64,000 nucleotides of DNA from assembly GCA_963818475.1 (NCBI GenBank), contig CAWFSF010000006.1, forward strand, positions 800,001 through 864,000, in the 5' to 3' direction. Shown in pieces: positions 22,901 to 34,454 of the stretch (its first letter is position 1; the number at the start of each line of letters is the position of its first letter). Position numbers and translations under genes: made by a program. Under the pieces are notes generated by a model. The model had not been told where the DNA came from. It was given only the letters and a program-made list of their open reading frames with translations, and searched no databases. This DNA is from Nitrospirota bacterium. GTDB taxonomy: Bacteria > Nitrospirota > UBA9217.

Positions 22901-25900
22901 ACACAGGAGTTGCCGAGCGGTCCTTCACGGTGGACACGTTTGCGCCTGTTATTGCTATCACCTCTCCTGCATCAGGCCCGACCGGACAGAACGCGCCGCT
23001 GCTCACGTATTCAGTAAGTGACGGATTGGTCGTTGTCAAAGTGGATTCAAATATTGTGTCCAAGGTCTCCGGAACAACGCTTGATCCACTCCCTGACGGT
23101 CCCCACGAAATCCTGGTGGAGGCCACGGATGAAGCGGGAAATACCGGTGTTGCCATAGCTAATATTACGATCGATACGGCCGCTCCGGTCGTGAACATAA
23201 GCTTCCCGGTGGCCGGTACCAAGATCAAGGATACCACTCCGCTCCTGTCTTACACGGCAAGCGAGGGCACCGTCGTGGTCAGGGTTGACAATGGTGCTCC
23301 GATTTCAAAAGTTTCAGGCGACAGCCTCGATATTCTCGGCAATGGACTTCACACGGTGCGAGTTGAAGCGACGGACACCGCAGGAAATATCGGCGTCAAA
23401 GAGGTCAGCTTCAGGATAGATACGAATTTAGCCTCCTATGACTCTTATGTCGAAGCTGATATCACGACAAACACCACCTGGACACTCGCCGGAAGTCCCT
23501 ATATCGTCACATCAAGTACAGTGCTCGTCAACTCCGGCTCCACCCTCACGATCGAACCCGGGGTGACGGTCAAGTTCAAAAACGGCCAAGGGATGAGCAT
23601 TTCCGCATTTCCGACCAATTTCGGAGCTCTGAAGGCACAGGGCACGGCAAGTGCACCGATCATCTTCACGTCGAACGATCCTGCGCCCACGCCGGGAATT
23701 GGGCAGGGATAACCTTCGGCAAAAGCTCCGCACGTCTTATCCAGCGTGCTCGATTACGTGACGTGGAGTATGGTGGCGGGGTGCAGTCTGGTGGTGTGTA
23801 CAGCTACGGAAATATAGCTCTGTCTTCAGCATCACCCACAATCACGAACTCTATTATTCAGAAGAGCTCGACGGCAGGGATTTATGTGGCAGGGATCACA
23901 ACGTCTGCCGTAATTCAGAACAACGCTATCATAAACAATGCGACCTACGGGTTTAATGACTTCTACGGTTCGGCGGTACGGTGATTTCAGGCAACACCTT
24001 CTCAGGAAACGGATCGTACCCTGTGCGTATCGAAATAAAACAGACAGGAAGTGCCAACACTTACGGGACGAATGGCATCAACGCCATCGAGGTGGTTTCC
24101 GGAACAGTAAACCAGAACGTTACCATGAAGAACAGCGGTCTGCCTTACGTTGTAACGTCCAACATCATGTTAATTCCACCTCGGGTGCCACGCTCACGAT
24201 CGAGCCTGGGGTGACGGTCAAGTTCAAAGACGGCACAAGAATGTCCATCTCCTCGACCTTCGAACAATTTCGGGGCTCTAAAGGCCAGGGTACGGCAAGT
24301 GCACCGATCGTCTTTACGTCGAAAAAATCCCGTGCCCACACCAGGCAAATGGCGCGGGATCACCTTCAACAGAAGTTCTGCAGGTTTATCCAGCGTGCTC
24401 GATTACGTGACAGTGGAGTATGGTGGCGGATTGCCATCTGGGGCCGAACGGCAACGGCAACATATATATCGTCTGCGTTTCGCCCACGATCACGAATTCT
24501 ATTATTCAGAAATAGCTCGACCGCCGGAATTCATGCGGCCAGTTCGTCGGCTGCGTTCATAACTCGCAACACTGTTATGAACAATACGACCTATGGTATT
24601 TATGTTTCCGCTTCTCAAAATTTAAAGATGAACAGCAACGACATTGTTAATAACGCACAGTACGGCGTTTACAATGCTTCTCATCACCGCAACTCGATGC
24701 CAAGAGTAACTGGTGGGGAGACCCGAGCGGACCCTATCATGTACAGCCAATCCGTCAGGCTTAGGCAATAAGGTAAGCGTTATGTTGACTTTTACGCCCT
24801 GGCTCGGTGTGAGCTACAAAATTGACACTATTCCGCCTACGTTCAGCGTGGATCCTGTTACGTCACCCACGTATACCGCGAGCCAGACGTTAACCGGAAC
24901 CATGGAACTTGATGCGGTAATTACGGTCACGGAAGATACCTCTGCTGTCGTGGGACCGGTGTACCTACCCGACGCTGACGACCTGGATCTGCACGGTAAC
25001 GGAATTGGTCCCGGGCACCAATACCCTCACGGTCATGGCACGGGATGCTGTCGGAAATACGTCGTCGGTTTCAACAGCAATATGGCTGGATGCGATAGCT
25101 ATATCATCGGTTGATACTAGCACGAATGTATTAAATACGGAAACGGCCGAGTCCTCGACTATCTTCTTTACGCTGAGCAGATCCGCTGATGCTACGCTCA
25201 AGATCATTTCCCAGAGAAGCAGGGACTCAGGCATGCCGGTGTACGAGTCCACTCAGAACTGTCGGAACGGCAGGACCATTTTTCTTTACGTGGGACGGAC
25301 ACGACAGGCTGGGCAATATCGTTCCTGACGAGGCCTATCTTTTCGTGATCGAGGCGTCGAGCGGCCTGATGCTACGCGACCTACAGCCCAGCTGCGCCCG
25401 TTTTGAATCCAACATACTGCAGACCTGCACTGTACGCAGGATTCCTATAATCCCTATACGAATGATCCCTTGACTATAAGTTATACCTTAGCTCAAGCCG
25501 TCGCGCGTCGATGCCAGCATCGCATGGGGACCGTCGCTCATTCAAGGTGATGGACAATGTAGCTCAGTGCCGGGAACGTATACGTTCAGACTGGGATGGC
25601 CACAACTCTGGACAGGATTAATGCTCATTCGAAGGCGCCAAAGCACATTGTTCTAGGCGTCCCTTCTTCCAGAGAAACTGTTATCCTCGTTTCAACACGG
25701 CGCTGTCGGTGGAAATTACTTCTCTTTTGCCGATCCGTTACGAGATTCACCTTTCGTACGGCCAGTTTACCCGTATAGGGTATACGCTTTCGCGAGATGC
25801 AAACGTTACCGCGAAATTAATTCTCCGAGCAACGCGTCCGTGAGTCTGATTAACAATGCAGTACCAGGCTGCGGGCGCTCATACGGTATGCGATGCCACG

Positions 25901-26050
25901 ATGCACCGTAGACCTGCATTCGATCTGACCGATGTAATGGGAAAGAAATTTGTTGTGTCTGAGGAAGGGGATTATACGATCTGGATGCAGGCGGTGAATC
26001 CGGTAAACGCGAACAAGCAAGGTATGTGAGGGAATATCAAGATATATCAC
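19969..26050 (+). CDS. giant secreted surface protein: Ig-like, 14 RCC1 repeats, Ig-like repeats, beta-helix and FlgD-like Ig; intact to 23712, then many frameshifts
   Basis: GGAGG RBS, signal peptide, 14 LWAWGxNxxGQLG repeats, D(T)xAP Ig repeats, TLTIEPGVTVKF beta-helix units, FTWDG motif; 3' end uncertain. Confidence 0.75.
20851..21150 (+). repeat. near-identical 150-bp tandem duplication of one RCC1 unit
   Basis: 20851-21000 and 21001-21150 differ at only a few positions. Confidence 0.85.
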
Positions 26051-26226
26051 TCAGAAGACGTGTAAATGAACAACAGCGGAGGTTTTTAGTGTGAATATTG
26101 AACGTTTACCTGCGTCGATCAAGCTATTCACCAGGCCATTGCGGAGGTTTTCGTACGAGAGGCAATCGTGACTATAGAGCTATGGTTGAACTTCAGGTCG
26201 GCTAATGTCGTTATGCTGAGTGCACG

Positions 26227-26601
26227 ATGGTATTACGACCTGCTTCTTTTGCAGATATGCGATACAAAGTGGGAATGAACTATGCACTGCGGCAAGGCGA
26301 AGCATGGGAGCTTTTGCGTGGTTGCCATTTGTCCGCCCGAGGTGCGGATCAATTTCACGCAAGCCAAGCCACTGTTTGGAATTACCAGCCGGTACATTGG
26401 AATCGGGAATGGCATTGCAGTACTACTAGGCAAACAGTTTGCATGTTCAGATGGCAGGCAGACTGCACAGTCGACAAGTGCTGCGGCAGCACCGATCCCT
26501 GCTGCGGAAGCAAGGATCCCTGCTGCGGTGATCCTTTTTGCGGTAACCCCTTTGGTGGTAGTGCTGGCGGCCCCGATCCCGGTCCAGGTCAATGTCAATG
26601 A
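26227..26601 (+). CDS. frameshifted protein with Cys-rich DPCCG-repeat C-terminus
   Basis: DKCCGSTDPCCGSKDPCCGDPFCGNP; true start unresolved. Confidence 0.5.
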   Translation: MVLRPASFADMRYKVGMNYALRQGEAWELLRGCHLSARGADQFHASQATVWNYQPVHWNREWHCSTTRQTVCMFRWQADCTVDKCCGSTDPCCGSKDPCCGDPFCGNPFGGSAGGPDPGPGQCQ

Positions 26602-26657
26602 TCAAAGTTCCGTATAGATTCTCGATGATGAAGTGTGGTTTTACGAGGAGGATTTTC

Positions 26658-29600
26658 ATGCGCAGGAACATTGTGGTCTTATTCATTCTCTTTCTTTGTC
26701 TTGGTGCTTTGTCCCCAATGGCAGCCCTAGCCTTGGGCACTGATAGCACCGCCATTAATACGCCTACCGACACCGACGACATCGCCGCCTGCGCAGACGA
26801 TCCTGCACCCAGCATGAACGGCCACATCCCCGGCCTTGCCGGCAAACCCATCAACCTGCTGGCCGGCGCTGAAACCACCTCCCGCACCGATCTTACCATC
26901 GGGAACCTTTACCCTATCGCGGTTCGGCGGATCTACAATAGCCGCTCAGGCTACGACAGCCCCCTGGGCTACGGCTGGGGGATTAATTACGACCGCAGAC
27001 TCTACACCTACCCAGACGGCTCCGTCACCCTCAGGAAAGAATGCGGCTGGAAACGGCGGTTCACCTGGAGCGTAGGAGGCTACATCACCCCCCTCGGCGA
27101 AAGCGGCACCCTTGTCCAGAACGCTGACGACAGCTACACCTTCACCGACAAAAGCGGCGCCAGGGACATTTATGATCCCCAGGGCCGGCTTATCCAGCTT
27201 ATAGACGCAACAGGAGCCTCCATCACGATCACCTATACCGCCCAGGTCCGTGACGGTCTCATGGGCCTGCTGCTCTACAATGTCGGGACGACCCCGCTTA
27301 TCGTGGCATACGATTACAAGATCTACAAAATAGAGGAAAAAAACGCCTCCGGGAACCTGACCGGCGCACAAGTAACCTTCGCATACGACCTTAACGGCAG
27401 GCTCAGCAGCATCACCGACAGCAGAAGGACGGTTAACTACGGTCACGACAACATCGGCAACCTTACCTCAGTCACCGGCCCCGAGGCAAGCATCACCTAC
27501 GGATATACCAATCCCAACAACATGCATCTCATGACGAGCGTGGACGAAGGAAAGGGCGAGTATGTAAATACCTATACCAACGGACGGGTGACCAGGCAGA
27601 CCCACGGAACAGGCGTAATCGATTTCGAGTACATCACGCTTATGCAAAGACAAAGGTCACGACCACGATCAAAGACAGCTCCGGCGCGGTCCTGAACACG
27701 AACATTCGGACCGTAGAGTTCGGAGAGAACGGACAGGTCGTAAAAGAGACCGACACCGTAGGCAACGTCACGACCTATGCAAGAAACAGCCAGACAAAGA
27801 TCACCCGCGAAGAATACTGGGAAAACACGGGAACCGTTTCAGTACCGGTTCTTGTGCTCAGATCAGCCAACGATTTCACCTACGACACCTACGGCAACCT
27901 AAAGACCAAGACAGAGGCAAGCAAACCCAGCCCTAGCGACTGGGCTGCTATTCAGAAGACCACGACGTACATCTACCAGTATGAGATCGATCCGTTAGCC
28001 ACAGCTGCTACGTTCCACAAGCTGGCCCAGGAGATCGTCAAGAGCGTAGTTGACCCGAATCAAAACAAGATCGTCACCAACACCTATGACAATACCACCG
28101 GCAATCTTCTGACCACGACCGATGCCGGGCTTCTTGGCAGCGGCACGGCCTACTCCTATACCACGACCTATGGTTATACCAACGGCAAGCTCACGAGCAT
28201 CGACGGCCCCAGGACCGATGTGACGGACGTTACGAGCTATGCCTACGATCCCACAACCGGGTACCTGACCTCATTGACCCAGCCCATTATCGGCACAACG
28301 ACCTACAGTAACCACGACGCCCTCGGCAATCCCCGGAACGTCCTTGACCCGAACGGCAACAGCACAGCCTATACCTATGACGAAAACGGACGAGTGCTTA
28401 CGGTCACGGCAGCGGGCGACACCAGCCCCACGCAATATGCCTACGTCGCGGGAGGCTGCACTTCCTGCGGAGGGGCGAACAAGATCGATCATATTACCCT
28501 GCCGGAAGGGAACACCATAACCTACGGCTATGACGCCAACAGCAATCTCGCCGACATCACCGACAGTCTCGGCAACAGCATCAACTATACCTACGACTCC
28601 GAGGGGAACAGGCTGACGGAAGAGATCAGGGATGCGGGCAATGCTCTCCAGAAGAGCTTGAGCTACCAGTATGATGCTCTGAACAGGCTTAAAAGGACTA
28701 CCAATCCCGATGCCAGCTATGCGGAAAACTCATACGACTCCAGAGGCAACAAATCCGCAATCCGCAACCCGAATTCAACGCTCACAACTTACTCGTATGA
28801 CGCGCTGAACCGATTGCTAGCAACCATCCAGCCCGGAACGATCAGCACCGGCTACGGCTACAACTCGAATAACAACCTGACCTCGGTCACCGATGCCAAC
28901 AATAACGCCACCACCTACATATACGATGACAGGGGCAGAGTGTACCGGGTTATCTCTCCGGATACCGGCACGACTACCTATACCTATGACCCTGCAGGGA
29001 ATCTCTGACTAAAACCGACGCCAAGGTAGTCACGATTTCCTATACCTATGACGCCCTGAATCGGTTGACGACCATCGACTATCCGGCTGATACAGACACG
29101 GTCTATTCCTACGATACCTGCGTAAACGGCAAGGGCCGTCTCTGTTCCATGACCGATGCATCAGGAACGACCAGCTACGAGTACACGCCAAAAGGGCAGG
29201 TCAAAAAAGAGACCAAGGTAATCGACACCGTGACGTACGTAACGCAATACACCTACGACATGAACGGGAACATGAAAACCATGACCTATCCGTCAGGCAA
29301 GGTCATCACCTACAACTACACCAACGACAAGGCAGTAAGTGTTCTAAACGGTGCAGCCAACCTCGCATCGAATATCACTTACAAGCCCTTCGGCGGGATG
29401 AATGCGATCACCTACGGCAATGGCCTGAGCGGCACGATCGGATACGATAACCAGTACAGGATCAGCTCCATAACGGCAGGGGCGGCACTGAGCCTCAGCT
29501 ATACCGGATATGATAACAATGGGAACATAACAACCATTACGGACAGTCTCGATGCTACAAAGAACAAGAGCTTCACCTACGATAATCTTGACCGGCTTGG

Positions 29601-30601
29601 GACAGCCACATCATCGGGCATATGGGGCAGTTTGGCCTGGACGTATGACGGGGTAGGGAACAGGCAGACAGAGAATGCGAGTGCCTATACGTATTACCAG
29701 AATACCAATAAGCTGAATACTGCCAATGGAATGTCTTTCGGATACGACAACAACGGAAATACGACGACAGAAGCTGCACGACAGTATGTCTACAATCAAA
29801 ACCAGCGATTGATCCAGGTGAATGACGGGTCAATGACGGCCAATTACACCTACAACGGCAACGGCCAGCGGGTGAAGAAGATCGTGAATGGAACAACGAC
29901 GATCTTCCATTACAGCCTGAGCGGACAGATCATTGCAGAGTCGAATAGCGCTGGAACTATCACAGCGGAATATGTATACTTCAATGGTCAACCGTTGGCG
30001 AAGCTGGAGGGGGCGAATACGTACTACTATCACAACGATCATTTAGGTACACCGCAGAAGCTTACCGACTCAACCGGCACCGTCGTCTGGGCTGCGGACT
30101 ACAAACCCTTCGGAGAAGCGACCGTCACAGTCGCCACGATCACGAATAATCTGCGATTCCCAGGACAGTACTTCGATGCTGAGACAGGGCTGCAATTACA
30201 ATTATTTCCGTGATTATAATCCTGCCATCGGTAGTTACATTGAGGCTGACCCTTGGAATTCAGGAGTAAACCGGCGGTCTCGATCCCGTTTTAAAATGAG
30301 TATACGTGTACTTGGACCAGCGATTCTAGATGATATGAATTCGTACTCATATGTCCACAACAATCCAAATAGATATATAGATGTCTTTGGGTTGACGTCA
30401 GATGCTGGAAAAGATGATCCAGATAAGTATGATCCAGAAAAATACGACCCAGATATTAATGACCCCCAATATTGTCAAAAAAAATTAGTAATAGATACTC
30501 TTGTCTGCGAAAAGGAATGTAATCTTGCAAAAAAAGTTATTTGTAAGTGGAAGGCCATTTTTAAAATGGATCAATGTCTTGCTGACCAGATAGGTAAGTA
30601 G
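26658..30601 (+). CDS. RHS/YD-repeat polymorphic toxin with signal peptide (about 3 frameshifts)
   Basis: GAGGAGG RBS, signal peptide, DUF6531-like RIYNSR...PLGYGW, YD repeats, YYHNDHLGTP, LRFPGQYFD, YVHNNPNRYIDVFGL. Confidence 0.88.
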
Positions 30602-30606
30602 GGGGG

Positions 30607-31038
30607 ATGAGAATGAGAAAAAAAATAGTATCAATTGTATTAGTGATGTTATCGCCACTAATTTATTATTATTTGACATTCTTGTTTAGAGTAAATATTA
30701 CGTATCAACTAATATATAGTTTTGAAATTAAATCAAAAATACTAGTTGCGAGTGTTATCCTCTTGAGTGATTTTGTGTGCGCAATTATTATTGCTGGTGT
30801 TACTGCATGGCCACTTAGCTATTTATTTAAATTTAAACCGACATATATTACACTAGTATTACTGATTACAATTTTAGGTTTTCCAGCTTTTACTTTTATC
30901 GTGCAGTCAAATTTTAATTATTTAGCATCTATAGATATTATTGGACAATTTGTTTCAGTATCGATTTTTATTTATTATTTTGCGAAGTTTGGTTATCGCG
31001 CAGCTCAAAAAAAGGATCATCAACTCATAAAATCTTAG
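30607..31038 (+). CDS. AT-rich 4-TM protein, candidate immunity protein
   Basis: Directly after the toxin tip, very low GC, hydrophobic helices. Confidence 0.65.
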   Translation: MRMRKKIVSIVLVMLSPLIYYYLTFLFRVNITYQLIYSFEIKSKILVASVILLSDFVCAIIIAGVTAWPLSYLFKFKPTYITLVLLITILGFPAFTFIVQSNFNYLASIDIIGQFVSVSIFIYYFAKFGYRAAQKKDHQLIKS

Positions 31039-31264
31039 GTAAGTGGCCTCTTTCTCTGTCTGCTTGCGCTTCGGTGCGCGGGAGTCGCGTGGGCTGACCC
31101 CGCCTAATTTATGCGTATATTTGCGAGTTAGATTGTCAGCATCATTTGGACTGGCGATTCAAGGGTAAAGTTACATTGGATACGCCGTATTATACTCAGA
31201 CTACAACTATAACAGAACTATGGATTCCATTGTGGCAAGAACCAACTGGTCCCGGGGAGATGAT

Positions 31265-32005
31265 ATGAAAAAATGTAAACCATGCCCTGTATTAGTAACA
31301 ACTATGATGATAACATTACTGTGCGTTGCTGTTCTTGGTACTAATTGCATAGCCTTTCCAGCCAATCTTCAAATTGCTATGGAAAAGAACAATGTGATTG
31401 CGGAAAAAAATGTTGCTTCATCTAATTCTAAATCCGCAAAGAACGTGATTTTCGAAATAATTGGTGAAAACGGCGAGCCGTTACGAGGGGCCTCAATAGA
31501 CGTCTTTAACATTAATGGTGCAAAAACGACTTTTTATTTAAAGGAGATGTTAACCAATAAAGATGGTAAAATGACGGCGTCAATAGATTTGCCGTCATTG
31601 CCTTCAGAAACACAAATAGGGATTCTTTCTGAAGATAATTTTTACTGCTATTATGCAAAGATTACAGATCTAATCGTAAGCAATGGGACCGTAAGGATGA
31701 CTGTTCCTAAGTCCGGTATTATATTGGCTACTTTAAAAAAATATCCTACCCGAATAAAAAAACCGGTAGTAGCTGAAATATTTAAGAAGAATAATGGAGG
31801 TAGATACGAAAGTTATAAAGGGATCGGATTTTTTTTGAGCGAAGGTAAACTTGAGGTGGAGTGTTTGCCAGCCGGTATATATAAAATTCAAATTAAAAAT
31901 AGTTATGATTCATCGACATTCCTCTTTGAAAAAGAAAACATTAAAGTTACGTCTGGAATAAAAACTGATTTAGATGGAATTGATTTGACTGATGATTTGA
32001 GGTAG
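31265..32005 (+). CDS. AT-rich secreted hypothetical protein, possible orphan immunity protein
   Basis: Signal-like N-terminus, beta-rich GEPLRGASIDV segments, low GC. Confidence 0.65.
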   Translation: MKKCKPCPVLVTTMMITLLCVAVLGTNCIAFPANLQIAMEKNNVIAEKNVASSNSKSAKNVIFEIIGENGEPLRGASIDVFNINGAKTTFYLKEMLTNKDGKMTASIDLPSLPSETQIGILSEDNFYCYYAKITDLIVSNGTVRMTVPKSGIILATLKKYPTRIKKPVVAEIFKKNNGGRYESYKGIGFFLSEGKLEVECLPAGIYKIQIKNSYDSSTFLFEKENIKVTSGIKTDLDGIDLTDDLR

Positions 32006-32028
32006 TAAAGAAACCAGCGGCAATTGGC

Positions 32029-32149
32029 AGGGGCGAATACGTACTACTACCACAACGATCATTTATATACCCCGCAGAAGATGACGGATAGCACCGGGAC
32101 GGTTGTATGGGCTGCGGATTATAAACCGTTCGGTGAAGCGACGATCACG
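32029..32149 (+). pseudogene. orphan RHS core fragment
   Basis: GANTYYYHNDHLYTPQKMTDSTGTVVWAADYKPFGEAT, a copy of 30009-30129. Confidence 0.85.
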
Positions 32150-32156
32150 AGGTATT

Positions 32157-32200
32157 GGGTAGAGTAGAGAGCTGGTCAATACCAGCTCTCTACTCTACCC
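32157..32200. repeat. perfect 20-bp inverted repeat (REP-like)
   Basis: GGGTAGAGTAGAGAGCTGGT-caat-ACCAGCTCTCTACTCTACCC. Confidence 0.85.
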
Positions 32201-32348
32201 CAATGATCCAATGATCCCTGACATTCTACCGTCGATGGTCGATCATATATAAATCATTCTTAAGTCCTATTGACACCGGATGGGCCTGTGTTAAATTTAT
32301 TCATATATAGCGATGAAGCGTGAAATCCTGCGAAGGAGGAATAGATCA

Positions 32349-32876
32349 ATGAAAAGAGGATTTTTTGCGGCAGTGGTTGCCTTTTGCGTTTTGGTAACGC
32401 TCCCCGTATTTGCAGCGGATGTGGTGGTTTCGATGAATCTCGTCACCGAGCAGGGCATCGGCAAAAGCATCGGCACGATCACGATCAGCGAAGGGCCGGC
32501 AGGACTCGTATTCACGCCTCAGCTCACCGATCTGCCCCCCGGCTTTCATGGATTTCACGTTCACCAGAACGCGGACTGTGCGGCAGGCATGAAGGACGGT
32601 AAGATGGTCCCCGGCCTTGCGGCAGGCGGGCATTACGATCCTGCCAATACCGCCAAACATGAAGGTCCGCACGGCAAGGGTCATATCGGCGACCTCCCAT
32701 TGCTCACTGTCGGAGCTGACGGCAAAGCCGTGACAGCGGTCTCCGCCCCCCGTTTGAAGATGGCGGACGTGAAAGGCCGCTCTCTGATGATCCATGCAGG
32801 CGGCGACAACTATTCCGATCTGCCGGCATCGCTGGGCGGTGGCGGCGCGAGGGTTGCCTGCGGCGTCATCAAATAG
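32349..32876 (+). CDS. sodC: periplasmic Cu/Zn superoxide dismutase
   Basis: [41 protein letters not shown]. Confidence 0.96.
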   Translation: MKRGFFAAVVAFCVLVTLPVFAADVVVSMNLVTEQGIGKSIGTITISEGPAGLVFTPQLTDLPPGFHGFHVHQNADCAAGMKDGKMVPGLAAGGHYDPANTAKHEGPHGKGHIGDLPLLTVGADGKAVTAVSAPRLKMADVKGRSLMIHAGGDNYSDLPASLGGGGARVACGVIK

Positions 32877-32930
32877 CGCTTTCACGCGTCGGGCCTACCA
32901 TAATCTGCTTTTTTCTAAATAATAATATTA

Positions 32931-32952
32931 TCCCCCGCTAAAGAGCGGGGGA
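32931..32952 (+). terminator. stem-loop after sodC
   Basis: TCCCCCGCT-aaag-AGCGGGGGA. Confidence 0.55.
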
Positions 32953-33130
32953 TACCTCATCAAACCTCGAATTCTCGCCAAACTCACCTCTGAATGTTTT
33001 TCATTGAAACTTCGTCGATTTTAGTCAATAATGCACTTCGCGGAACTAAGGATCGGCTGTTTCTGGTCTTGGTTATAAAGACCGGAACGAAAGCAAAATG
33101 CAGATCTGTTAAGATCCGCCGGAGGGTATT

Positions 33131-34417
33131 ATGGTTAAAAGTTCGCAGAGGACGTTCCTTGTTCTCTTGTCCGTTGTTCTTCTTGCCCTGTTCTCCGGAC
33201 TGTTTCTCAGGGGGATGATCATCAAGGATTTCCAGGATTATGTCGAGGGCGAGCGATCAGCTCTGGTTCGCCTGGTTTCGTCTGACATGGAAGAGTCCTA
33301 CGAAAAAAACCGGAAATGGGACCGGGAGGCAGTGGCCGGCATCGCGGTCCGGGCACTGCAGCTTGGATTGCAGATGAAGCTGGTTGATATGCGCGGCGAC
33401 GTCGTGATCGACACGGAACAAGCCCTTGCGTTTCTGCCTTCCGACAGGGCATCCCGGATCCGTGAAACAGCAGGGTTTGTCGGGGATGACAACGTAACGG
33501 ACTATCGATCTTACCCACTCGTTATAGGTAGTGAAAATGCGGGCCGCCTTGACGTTAAGTTTCCAGGGAAGGGCAGGTCCGACGCATTCACCAGCCGCGC
33601 CGGCACCATTGTTCTGACAGGAGCGTTTTTGCTGGCAGTGCTGGTATTGGCGCTGATGAAGCTCATTTCGCGGAAACAAACCATGCCGGTCAGAAGGCCT
33701 GTCCCAACATCCGATGCTGCTGCTGTGCTGCAGGGAGTTATGCCGGTTTCAGTTAAGGGTGAAACGGCAACTGTCCCTGTGGCTGAGAAAGAAAAGGCCT
33801 CTGAGGTCAATTCTCCTGCATTAAGCATTGCTGTTGCCACGGAGGAAGAACCGGAAGACCCGCTCGACGCGGATGATGAGGATATGCAGCCGCTTGCAGG
33901 CGATCCGGACAGAATATCCAAGATCGTTAAGGGATTGGATGGACTGGCAAAGGCACAAGCGATCCGCAGCGCGCTGCAGAAGCAGCCACTTGAACTCTCA
34001 TCGTATCTGAACAGCATCGTTGAAAAAACACGTCAGTCTTTGACAGGCACTGATGTCACCTTTAGTGTGGAATGCAGGAACGATCTCGTCATATCAGCTG
34101 ACCCTGAGTGTCTGATGGGGATCATGACCAACCTTCTGGAGAATGCAGCAAAAGCGGTGAAGCATGACGGGACCGTGACCGTCAGTGCATCGGAGAAGGG
34201 CGACCAGATAGAGTTCGCGGTCAGCGATACGGGATGCGGGATCAGGCGGAAGGCTCTTCCGCATATTTACGAGCGTTTTTATCGAGGGTCGGGAGACGGC
34301 ATCGGCCTGGGGCTTACCATTGTAAAGGAACTGGTCGATGCCTGCGCAGGGACCATAGCGGTTCAATCAACAAGGGGCAAGGGCTCGGTTTTTACCGTTT
34401 CCATCCCTCGTTCCTGA
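33131..34417 (+). CDS. membrane sensor kinase-like protein without a recognisable H-box
   Basis: 2 TM, HATPase N/G1/F/G2 boxes (NLLENA, DTGCGI, ERFYRG, GIGLGL). Confidence 0.85.
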   Translation: MVKSSQRTFLVLLSVVLLALFSGLFLRGMIIKDFQDYVEGERSALVRLVSSDMEESYEKNRKWDREAVAGIAVRALQLGLQMKLVDMRGDVVIDTEQALAFLPSDRASRIRETAGFVGDDNVTDYRSYPLVIGSENAGRLDVKFPGKGRSDAFTSRAGTIVLTGAFLLAVLVLALMKLISRKQTMPVRRPVPTSDAAAVLQGVMPVSVKGETATVPVAEKEKASEVNSPALSIAVATEEEPEDPLDADDEDMQPLAGDPDRISKIVKGLDGLAKAQAIRSALQKQPLELSSYLNSIVEKTRQSLTGTDVTFSVECRNDLVISADPECLMGIMTNLLENAAKAVKHDGTVTVSASEKGDQIEFAVSDTGCGIRRKALPHIYERFYRGSGDGIGLGLTIVKELVDACAGTIAVQSTRGKGSVFTVSIPRS

Positions 34418-34454
34418 CCGGCAGGACAGCGAAAGCATGAACCTGAAAAGATTA

